DNA of 64,000 nucleotides from Batkoa obscura. Taxonomy: Eukaryota. Shown here piece by piece: positions 53,755-64,000 of the stretch; position 1 is the first letter of the stretch; each line of letters starts with the position of its first letter. The stretch covers positions 124,001 to 188,000 of the forward strand of contig JASVEC010000023.1 of the NCBI GenBank assembly GCA_030770535.1. The letters run 5' to 3'. Below the pieces are notes generated by a model. It was not told the DNA's origin. It did no database searches and saw nothing but the letters and a program-made list of their open reading frames with translations. Made by a program: the position numbers and the translations under genes.

Positions 53755-56031
53755 TTATTCATTGACCATTTTATCCAAACAAGTACCTTTAGGATTATAG
53801 CCTAAATTCTTGCCAAAAGATAAGAAGCATTTGTTCACCTTGGTATAAAAAGGCCTCATAATAATTTTACTAGAAAATGTAAAATTATTGATCGAAATTT
53901 CCGCTAATTTTTTAACGCCCATAAAGATTCGATTTAATAAATCTTTATCACCAAAATCTAATGAATTGGATCTAGATCTAGGTAAAAAATAACTATTCAA
54001 GCATAAACATGTTAACTCTAAAAACTTTTTGTGGGTCGTTATATTATACATTGATAGCTGATGCATGTGAGTATAAAACGTACTGAATAATATTTCCTTT
54101 TTGTTCAAATGCTCTTCTATCTTTCCTGAATTTATATAAGTATCAAACATGGCTACAATCAAATCATTGAAAGGGTCGAAATAGAGCGATTTAGTCGAAA
54201 AAGATCTCAGCCTACTTTTTACCTTCTGTTCCTCAAAAGGTGGAGCTTGAACAATTTCCTGTGCTTTTTCTAGCTCTTTGATGCATGGGAGTACTACTTC
54301 ATTCAATACTTCACCTAGTGTGAAAGTGTTTGCACTATGAAACAACATGTAGCAATAGTGTGACATGATCTAGAAAGTAAGGTTAATAAAGTATAATAAA
54401 TACAAAATGATGTTATACCAACGATGCAGAGCCATAACAACAAACAATATTTACTAAATTAGATAAAACTTCCCCTTCTTCTCTGTTAATAATTTTATAA
54501 AAGATCTCATTATTGGCTTTTCCTCTTTTATTTGATTCGATACGTAAATATCCTAACAGTAGCGAAAGAGTAGTGAATTCTTCATCTGGAAAAATATGGA
54601 TAAGGTACTCTTCAGAGAATATTATTCTTTTTACATAACACGCAGTTTCTAAAAGATTCACCATAAATTTAACCTGACAACTTTTAGTTTTTTGGTTTAT
54701 GTTATTTAATTAAATTTACTTTAGAATAGTGGTTTCTGTTATCAATTCTTGAATTATAAAGCAAATCAAACACATGATAACTTAATTTGAATAAAACCCA
54801 ACGATCACTTAATATCAATGCTAAATCACTATTTTATCAAAAAGTTCATGCTATACGTAATTCATATTAATTACCTAAGTATACCATCACCATTTTTTAT
54901 ACTTAATTCATTAAGTTTATTCTCTAATTGGCTGACATCTTTTATATCAAAGTTATTTAATACGTTTGTAAGCCCATGTGTAAATGAAAATAAAGAATCA
55001 TGTCCTGTATACTATAAATTTCATTATATTTTACCTTCAATATTATACTTTCATAATAAGCTTACCGCATTTATTTTTATATTACAATTAATAGTTAAAT
55101 CTAATCTAAGAGAACAAAGTAAAGGATTACTTAGTAATTTATACATACTTTTAATTTTTTTTGTAAACGCATCATACATACCAATATCGTTTCCAATAAA
55201 TGCTTGGATTTCTTTAAACTTTTCATTGTTTTTCCTACAAAAGTAAATGAACAAACTGCATCTTTTATAGTTTAAATTAAAATTACCTAATATACATAAC
55301 ATCTTGCTGTGGATATATATATACATTTGATAATACATCTTTTGAATGTTGTAATAATTCTGGATCTGTTACATAAGCATCAATCAAATCTTGAATCTTT
55401 TTATCTTTTAGTTCTGGTACATGTGCTAATACTTTCTTTTTAAGTTTTACACTGCATGACTTGAACTGCGATTAGGATACATTGTACGTAAAAATTAAAA
55501 TAATCTTACTTCATACACTTTGACATCTGTCAAATCATTGAAAATAAATAGTAACTCTTTATCAATAGGAAGATCTGCTGCTAGAGTTAGAGGTATTTTT
55601 CTGAATGGCTCTACTTGTATATATCTCCAAGTTAATTTTAAAAGCTCCCTATATCTTAACTATATTAACTTTTATTTATATAAATCAAAGTTTAAGATGC
55701 TTTACTTTATAAGATTCCTAGGTAAATTATTTTCAATATCATGTAAAATTGAATTTATGAAATCATTTAAACAGGCGTAGTACAAATCATTAATTGAGCC
55801 TTTACAAAATTGTAATAAGGGTAATGTTGCTTTTATTACTGGTACCTCTTCAGTTAGAAATTCTTTTAAGTTTTCTTTTAATGTGTCCGTATTTTTTGAA
55901 CTCCTAAATACTTGTATCAATCTTTCTTTCCCTTCGCTTGTCCCTATTATTTTAGAATAATCATATTTTAATTTTATTGAGTTTTTATTGTTGCTGTTGT
56001 TATAGCTGTGATTAACCCAATCTGTATTCAT
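53755..56031 (-). CDS. Negative elongation factor B (COBRA1)-like protein, multi-exon
   Basis: Collinear similarity to NELF-B recognised by eye: PVIKATLPLLQF, FKSCSVKLKKKVL, RKNNEKFKEIQAFIGNDIGMYD...NPLLCSLRLDL and DSLFSFTHGL. The 3' end is approximate. Confidence 0.62.
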
Positions 56032-56246
56032 CTTTTTTTTAAAATAAAAAATCAGTGTCGAAATTGAGCTTTTTGTATTTTCTAGTGCAAATTTAAATGA
56101 ACGAACAAAACTTAATTTGCTATTTTTAAACATTTTTCAGCAAAATTTAAATCAAATTAAAAAATTGAAACTCAATATTATTTAATACTCAAAAAGGATT
56201 CTATTTTGAATCTTTCTGGTCATTTAATTTATTTGATTTTAATAAA

Positions 56247-57171
56247 ATGGGTATAAAAATTGAGCAAAAAGAAGTTGAAATAAAGGCCTCTAATGATTTA
56301 TTTGAAAACTTGTTTGGTATGATTAATTAAAATTGTGTTTGGTATCAATATATTAACCTTTTTTATTTAATAATATAGAAGTAGCAGTTCATACGTAATT
56401 ACATTTACCATTAATTTTTATAAAATCTTAACTGCGTAGCATTTTATATTTAAGAGGAGCTTATGCAAAAGAAGATTTTGAGATCCATGAGTTTGATACT
56501 ATTGAATTTATGAAGCTTAAGCCCTTGACCTATTTAGGATTTATTAATGAATTTATTGAAACTTCAAGAAGTAAATTACATTAGTCTATTATATTATTAC
56601 TAACTTACGAAAACAGATCGCTTTTTATGTAAAAAAGGATGCTCTTTCTCATTGATAATTAAAAGTGCTAAAAGCGGGAATGTCCTTGATACCTGGGAAA
56701 TAAATTTTAAGCAAGAAAATGAGTAAACAGAAATTAGTAATGATGCTTCTATATTCATTTTATTATAGGGAAGAAATTGGACTGAATAAACCTTCAAGTA
56801 AAACCAAATTCAGTGAGTTATATTATCTAAATACAATACAAAGTATACTACATAAAACTTCCGGATTAGAAGAAATTAAGGAAGAAAGTAAGTAACTTTT
56901 ATAGAAAAAAATATCATATTAAGCTGTTTTAGTTGTATTTGATTTAGACTTCGATACCATGTATTCTGAGGAAGAGACTGATTCTAAGGACTGGTTTAAT
57001 AACAGTACGAATTTGTCCGATCTTCAGAAAATGTTTCAAGCTGCAGCTACTCTTCGTAAGAGATATATGACTAATGTCGGTGAAGCAGAATGTAGCCCAC
57101 GTAAGAAAATCGAGCTTGGCCTTTCTGCTTCCCTTTCAAAACTTGAAACAGCCCATTACTTTCATTATTAA
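56247..57171 (+). CDS. HORMA-domain protein (Mad2/Rev7-like), six exons including a 16-nt microexon
   Basis: Spliced translation: MGIKIEQKEVEIKASNDLFENLFEVAVHTILYLRGAYAKEDF...FSLIIKSAKSGNVLDTWEINF...IQSILHKTSGLEEIKEEIVFDLDF...KDWF. Exons are 56247-56316, 56379-56394, 56440-56570, 56617-56722, 56769-56887 and 56933-57171, all GT-AG and in frame. Confidence 0.78.
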
Positions 57172-59477
57172 TTTTAATTAAGGACTGGGGCTGTTATGAG
57201 TAGTTTTCTTTTATCTTTCTACCTTCCCGTTAAGTAAAACAGTCATGTTTCTTTTAATCTTCGTTAAGAGATATGACGAAATAAATTACACTAAATTAGT
57301 TAAAATCAATTTTATAAAGCAAAATAGATTGATTGTCTTTCTATTATATTGTAAAAGAACATAGAATTTCTTTACTTTTAGAATGATAGTATCAAATTAC
57401 ATTCTTCTGTATAGTGGAACTAAATGTTTATAAGCTAAGTTAATTATGGATTTACAACTTAAGCAACAATCTAAATTTCAATTGATGTAACAACCTTATC
57501 ATATCATCCTAATGCATCTATTGTAAATTTTTATACGTTTCCAGCAATTTGATCTATCAGATTATACTTTAAAATATGATATATTAATCTATTTCATTAT
57601 ATTATACTACAATATAACAGTAATTTAGCGTAGCCTCCATTCAATTTTTAATAAAATCAGCTAATTTTATTATAATCACCAAGATACATATTTGATCTAA
57701 TTGGCGCGAAAGTATTAAAAGATTACTAAATAGATAATCACATTCAAGCTTGTTACCATCATTTAACCAAAATTCCTTAATTCTTACGACTTGTTATAGG
57801 GTAAAAGCTGGAATATAAATATGACCTTAGACAAAATATTTTATATAAAATATTTATACTCATGTCAGATAAAGTCCCTAAAATAGCTTTTTTGAACGCT
57901 TTTTCTTTATAATTGTTCTTATAATATTTACAGAACTGAGTATATAAACGATTATTGTATGTTCAGGATGTCTTTTTTGTGTCAAATTATATAAAGATTG
58001 TCTTAGTATATCTATGCTTTAGATAAAGTTATACTTAGTCATATTTATTTAATCATTTACATTAAAGCGATAAAATCAAAGTATTTAATGAGTTTGTACT
58101 ATTTTTATTTGAAGTTGCGCTTAAAGTACTATTATAAATTTCTAGCTTATTAAATTATCAATTATTTTTATTAAATCTTATTCTTATTTTTTATCTTCAA
58201 CTCAAAGTTAAAAATAATAAATATCATTAATAGTAAATTAGTCTAAAGAAACGATATTATCGTTTTGTATTAAACTCAAATTTTTAACTTATCATCACAA
58301 ATTGAATATCTATAGTGAACAATGTTTTTTTATTTGTTAGTACATATAAGTAATATACTATTAAATTTAACTTAGGAGGGTAGTATGTTTTGATTAATTT
58401 ACAATCTTGAGGACTATTTTTTTAATTTGATTAAAATATAAGACAGTGCGTTTAATATTTGAAGGCAAGAGTCATATATAATCAGTATTTAAGCGATTAA
58501 ATTTGATGATGGTATTTCTACTTTATTTTAGTAGCTTACTTTAATGGCTTTTTTGTTTTTATAATAATGCATTAAAATTACATTTGACTTTTTTCCCAAT
58601 AAATCCTTTTTAGTTCATTAGCATTATTCGCTCTTTAACTTATTCCAACCTCCTAATAATAGTATAAATATAGCTTTTAATTTATTCACAAATGAAATAT
58701 TTTAATTACGTTGACTAATTTCAGCTGTAAAGCTATACAGTGGACCATTTAAATGAGAAAAATTTAAAGTTAGGTCAAATTTAAAAGCATGATTAATAAC
58801 AGACTTTAAAAAGCTATGATCAATGGACAGAATTCTTTTGAAAAGATATTCTTATTATTGATTGAAATGTTATATTTTGGTTATACTAAATAAAATTTAT
58901 CATGCACATAATAGTTTACTTTTTAAAGCAAAAATTGAGTTTAAGAGATCATTTTGAACAAAGGATATTATTGGCTAATAAGTTTTCAGAAACGAAAAGC
59001 TCGATTAAACAGTCAAATTGTAGATTAAAACTAATAGTGGCTATAAAAAAGATAAAACTGTTGAAAATGCGACCAAAAATCCAATGTGTAAATGAAAATT
59101 CGATTCATATTGCTTTTGAAATGAATTCAAATAATAAATGTAATTTATTAGGTGTAGCGTATGATGAACTTTAGACTGCCATTGTTTTTAAAGGAATTAA
59201 ATAGGAAACGTAATCTGGTTTTTATCCCATAATATTAGGACAGCGTGAATGCAGAATTGCTAAGTAGCACTTTGATTGGTCTAACTACTGTCATTTTTAA
59301 AACTGCACAAAAATGGACTGACAAGCAACAAATCCAATCAAGGAAATCCATACCATGGCAAATAGTCCAATAAAATGGTCGGATAGAATAATTAAGGAAT
59401 GAAACAGAGCAGACCAAGCAAGCAATAAAAATAAAAAATTTGAAAAAACATCGTTTGTCTTTTTCAAATAAAATAAA

Positions 59478-60026
59478 ATGGCTAGTGTTGACCCTAAAGT
59501 TCTTAAAGCTGTCCTCAAGGAAGGTGGTAAACGTGCAGTAGAAATCGTTGGTGTTGCTGAAACCGGTGGTCTCGAATTTTTCTGTACCAAACTTGACGAG
59601 CCAAATGGTAGCGTTGAGCTCCTCCTTGAAGCCCTTAAAGCTATGAATAAACCAATTGACCCTAATGAAGAAGAATCCAAAGGTGGTTCCCAAGACATTG
59701 GTAAAATGATCTTCTCTGTCAGCAATGAACAACTCGCCGTTATCGCTTACGTTCCAGCTGCCAAACAAGATAAAATCACTGCCAAGACTTGGTTAGAACA
59801 CGTTCTTACTAAATATGAAGGTAAAGTTCTCGAAGCTAATGATGAAGTTGCTTCCGGTATCATCCTCGCTAACCCAGAAAAGAACATTTTCTCATTAAAG
59901 GTTCGTGACGAAGCTATCCCATACTCTATCGCTTATCTCCGTTCCCTTGGTCTTTTCCCAGAACAAGCTGATTCTTCTGATGATGAAGCTGCTTTCGGTG
60001 ATGACTTCGATTTCGATAACTGTTAA
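59478..60026 (+). CDS. Small hypothetical protein (182 aa) with strong codon bias and acidic tail
   Basis: Intronless ORF, GC-richer than its neighbours, with C-ending codons (ATC, TTC, CTC, GAC, GCC). Motifs KEGGKRAVEI..AETGGLEFFCT and DIGKMIFS. Confidence 0.85.
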   Translation: MASVDPKVLKAVLKEGGKRAVEIVGVAETGGLEFFCTKLDEPNGSVELLLEALKAMNKPIDPNEEESKGGSQDIGKMIFSVSNEQLAVIAYVPAAKQDKITAKTWLEHVLTKYEGKVLEANDEVASGIILANPEKNIFSLKVRDEAIPYSIAYLRSLGLFPEQADSSDDEAAFGDDFDFDNC

Positions 60027-60555
60027 AGAATAAATTTGTAGCTATTTATAATTAGTTATTTATAAAAGAATATATGGTATAAGGAACTTTAATATTTTTA
60101 TTAATATCAGATAATTTTTATTGATTGCTATATATTTAATAATGCAATATCGCATGTACCAACAGCCACTATAATAAAGCCGAAATTTGTAGCTTGTGCT
60201 AATCAAAATTAGTAAATAAACTAGATTGCTGTAAAAAATACACTATTAGATACAACTTTATTCTGACATTTATTTAAAATGAGCTTGAACATACCTTCTA
60301 CTCCTACTTTGATATGTAAAATTACAAAAATGCTTGGTGGCAATTTTCAATAGTTAACTATTGTTGTATTATCTCTTGCTTAAGTTATTAGATACAATAA
60401 AGCTGAAATTTTAATTTGTAGTATTTTTTATTATATAAAATAAAACTATAGCTAATTTGAAACTTAATTTCATTAGCTCTTTAAAAACCAAGGAATTCAA
60501 AGCAAAAATTTTATTTTTTATAATTCTTTTTTTTATAACACTTAGTTTAATAAAA

Positions 60556-61619
60556 ATGGCTGAACATTTAGCATCAATTTATGGTACTGAGAAAGATAAG
60601 TAAGTTTTTAATTTTAATACTCAACGTAATTATCAAAAAGGAGGTTATCAATAATTTAGAGTTTTTTGAATTTGAACTAGTTAACTTTTCAATGTACTCA
60701 AACAGTTTGTTCTTATTTTAGCTTAGGATATAAGCAGTGCCCTTGGCTTGGTTCAATATTTAAACTTTAAAAAAATAGTCAAGCTCTATTTGAGCAAGCA
60801 TTTTAAACCAAATTTTTTATTTAATATAGGGTCAATTGTTCCTTTTACTTTAAAATTGGAGCTTGTAGGCACGGTGAGCGTTGCTCTAGGAAACATGTTA
60901 AACCCACCTTTTCCCAAACCATTTTGGTCCCAAATATTTACCAAAACCCAAACTTCAATTTATCGGTTCCAATGGACGAAGTTGCTCATCAACAACATTT
61001 TGATGACTTTTATGAGGACTTTTTTATTGAGTTGGCTAAATATGGCGAAGTCGAAGAGATGAACGTTTGTGACAATGTTGGGGACCATCTTGTAGGAAAT
61101 ATATATGCTCGCTTCCGCTTCGAAGAAGATGCCGGGAAAGCGGTTGCTGAGTTAAACAACCGATTCTATGCTGGTAAATACAATATGATTGAATTTTTAG
61201 CTAAGCTAATTATTTTTAGGGAGACCATTGTACGCTGAGTTATCTCCAGTGACTGATTTTAGAGAAGGTAATTTTGAATTTATCTTTCTGATAATTGATT
61301 AAAGTAATATTTAGCTTGTTGTCGACAATATGAAAATGGAGAATGTACTCGAGGAGGATTTTGTAATTTCATGCATTTAAAGATGCCATCACGAGAATTA
61401 AGAAAGATACTCCACCAATCTCAGAGGAAGTCAATAGAGATAAAGCGACAAGAACGTCATTTAACAAGAGAGTTAGAAAGAAAATCCCATTATCGTGGCC
61501 GCTCTAGATCAAAGGAAAGGAGTGCTAGAGAAGTTGGGAGATCTAGAGAAAAAGCACGCTCTAGAGAACATGGTGAATCAAGACACCGCCATTCCCCAAG
61601 AGCTAATGGACATGCTTAA
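60556..61619 (+). CDS. U2AF1: Splicing factor U2AF small subunit (U2AF35/U2AF23)
   Basis: [37 protein letters not shown] (CCCH finger), UHM domain ([18 protein letters not shown]), second finger [20 protein letters not shown] and an RS-rich tail. Confidence 0.96.
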
Positions 61620-62148
61620 CTTATCTGTCTGATGCTTTTATAATATAGCTGCTTTATTAATATTAAAATTAGGATCTGATTATGTGAATTTGGATTTATG
61701 TTTAAAATATTCAACGTTTTTTTAGTTTATAAATAAGACGATATGATGGAAAAATAAATCGAGTAGAAAAACGAAAATTAAATTATAAAATATATAACGG
61801 CAGTGTTGTAACTGATACTAGTTATTCTGATAGTTGTATTTAACTGTTGATATTAAATGTCACTAACTATAGAATAGATTATTCATATTAAGTAATAGTA
61901 TCGCAGTAACAAATCATGCTCTAACATTCTACTTCTACACCTTTACCATGTAATAAAAGTCAACAAAGTTTAAATAATAAAGGTTTACTCTATAAGTCAA
62001 CATGATTAATTCTTTTAAAACAATAATAAACTAAACACTGCTTTCGTTAATAATTCAAAATGTAATAATAAAACTTGATAACTGTAAAGTGGTTTATTTG
62101 TATTAAATGGTTTTGTTAATGCTTTAGTATAAAAAATTAGTAATCACT

Positions 62149-64000
62149 CTAGAATGAATTGCGACGTCTAAATCTAGGGCGGTAATCATTTGGAGTACTT
62201 GCGCTTGTAGAAATGGTAGATGAAACTTTTTCCATGTTATGGGCAGAAACATTTGAATTGGTCCAAGTAGATATCAATCCTTCATCATGCCAAGTTTGAA
62301 CACATTTTTGACCATGAGCATAACCTACTGCTTCAATATTGGTAAATGATCCAAACTCTAAAGTTCCATACTTTTGGACTGGGAGACGAATATAAAGACA
62401 TCCCGGTATCTTTTTGGCTGCTTCGATTTGAGAAACACTCGAGATATAAGCAAGTCTAGATTGAATATCAGCAAGAGAAAGAATTTTAGGACGATAAAAG
62501 GGATTCAATTTGGAAAGAACGACATACCATCCAGATAATGAATCTCCATAATTAGTGAAATTATCTTCATTATCTTCTCCAGCGACATCCAGAGCAAATA
62601 TAGTTTCTACACCCATTGAATGCATGACTTCGACTGGAAGGTAGTCTAAATATCCGCCATCTAATAGTAAATTATTACCGTCACATAAAGGAGGCAAAAA
62701 TCCAGAAAGCGACATAGAAGCTCTAACGTATCTCCACAAATATCCGGATTGATGAACTTCAAGTCGAGAATGAGTAATATTGGTAGTGACACAATAGTAT
62801 GGTAGCCATAAATCCTCAATTCTAATATCTTTAAATGTTTTCCAAATACCTCGATTGAACTCATGCCCTGAAAACCAAGAAATAATAGGATAAGTAAGGT
62901 CCGTAACTTTACGCCATAAGCTTGCCATTCTATTGGAAAACACTCTAGCTGGTGCAAACATAGCAACAGTATCTGAATCTCTAGCATACAATCCCCCTAC
63001 ATAAGCTCCGATACTACATCCTCCAACGATATCAATTGGAATCCCTGCTTCTTCAAGGGCCCTTATAAAGCCCAAATGAGCAATTCCTCTTGCTCCTCCT
63101 CCACCAAGGACTAAACCAATAGATCTTCCACACAGACGACGTGCTAAACGAGAAAAATCTGATCTGATCCCAGTGTAAGATGAGGGTTGATGAATAGATT
63201 TCTTTGATAAACCTACACCAGCAACATCAGCGTAATACTGGTGGAGTTGGTCTTTAAGCTCGTTTAAGGTAGATAATATAGGTGGTACATTCTTCATAAT
63301 AACTTGTCGCTTGAGAGGGAACTGCACATGATGATGTGCATGAATCCAAAGCCTAGATTTCAACCAATTTTGAGTTGAACCAGAAGGCACCATATGATCT
63401 GGATGAAGAAGGACAAGCTCCTTTCTAGCTGTTGTTTTAGAGCTGATTAGAAGCCTTTCGAATTCTCCAATAGAAGGATCTTCCGATCCTATGCCAATAA
63501 GTAAAATACAATCAGCTTGCCGTATACATTGACGGGTCCATGGCGAGTTTACTGCCCCATCAGCAGTTAATAAAACAATTCTATGACGCTCTTCTTGTTC
63601 TATTAACCAATTTTTGAGCTTAAGTTTACCCATCTTAGTAAACGCATGCCTTCCAAGTGCGGAATGAACAGAAGCACTATTGATAACTTGAACTGACTCT
63701 CCAATACTTTGGAACGAGTCCCTCAATCTAGCAGAAAATTCTTGGATAGGTACATTCCCTTTAACTGGGACTATTGCTACAGTTTTTAGATTTGTATTAT
63801 TTTTACCAAAACTGGTTTTTTCTATTGATGATGCTGATTTTACTCTCAAACTAGCTTGCTGTTCCATTGTTCTGCGTGCAATCATCCTTGAGATTTGAAT
63901 AGTTACTTCAGGATTTGCAAGCGAAATAGCATCGAATAAGCTCTTTGGCATCCTTGCAAGCTCAGAGTCGCGAATAGCATGCAAAGTAAAAGGGAGTGGG
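62149..64000 (-). CDS. NTE1: Lysophospholipase NTE1 / neuropathy target esterase (patatin domain), 5'-truncated by the window edge
   Basis: End of a cNMP-binding domain (LHAIRDSELARMP) and patatin motifs GLVLGGGGARG, GGCSIG and LLDGGY. Confidence 0.94.
   Translation of the reverse strand, partial: PLPFTLHAIRDSELARMPKSLFDAISLANPEVTIQISRMIARRTMEQQASLRVKSASSIEKTSFGKNNTNLKTVAIVPVKGNVPIQEFSARLRDSFQSIGESVQVINSASVHSALGRHAFTKMGKLKLKNWLIEQEERHRIVLLTADGAVNSPWTRQCIRQADCILLIGIGSEDPSIGEFERLLISSKTTARKELVLLHPDHMVPSGSTQNWLKSRLWIHAHHHVQFPLKRQVIMKNVPPILSTLNELKDQLHQYYADVAGVGLSKKSIHQPSSYTGIRSDFSRLARRLCGRSIGLVLGGGGARGIAHLGFIRALEEAGIPIDIVGGCSIGAYVGGLYARDSDTVAMFAPARVFSNRMASLWRKVTDLTYPIISWFSGHEFNRGIWKTFKDIRIEDLWLPYYCVTTNITHSRLEVHQSGYLWRYVRASMSLSGFLPPLCDGNNLLLDGGYLDYLPVEVMHSMGVETIFALDVAGEDNEDNFTNYGDSLSGWYVVLSKLNPFYRPKILSLADIQSRLAYISSVSQIEAAKKIPGCLYIRLPVQKYGTLEFGSFTNIEAVGYAHGQKCVQTWHDEGLISTWTNSNVSAHNMEKVSSTISTSASTPNDYRPRFRRRNSF

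Noticed and set aside
57200..59200. Possible gene remnants, including ORF 58902-59174
   Set aside because: No recognisable motifs or consistent exon structure.

Overview
Very AT-rich eukaryotic DNA with many short (about 45-65 nt) GT-AG introns. Gene content points to a fungus, and by inference an early-diverging (non-Dikarya) lineage. About 18 protein-coding loci are present: an unknown ORF running off the left edge, SERCA-type Ca2+-ATPase, secreted class-3 lipase, Hsp31/DJ-1 glyoxalase, UTP7, PFS2/WDR33, an MLKL-like four-helix-bundle/pseudokinase/Sel1 protein, Ulp1 SUMO protease, Fab1/PIKfyve, chorismate synthase, two unknown proteins, a UFD1-ZnF-AZUL protein, a NELF-B-like protein, a Mad2/Rev7-like HORMA protein, a small codon-biased unknown protein, U2AF35, and a partial NTE1. 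There is also a decayed ABCC transporter pseudogene. At least 19 copies of a ~100-bp MITE are dispersed through the window; they have TGGGG...CCCCA ends and 2-bp target-site duplications of variable sequence. The most notable items are (1) the MLKL-like protein with MLKL-type pseudokinase motifs fused to Sel1 repeats, (2) the unusual MITE family, with a candidate autonomous partner at the left edge and a perfect 59-bp foldback dimer, and (3) a fungal NELF-B-like gene. All assignments come from reading motifs by eye; no searches were run.
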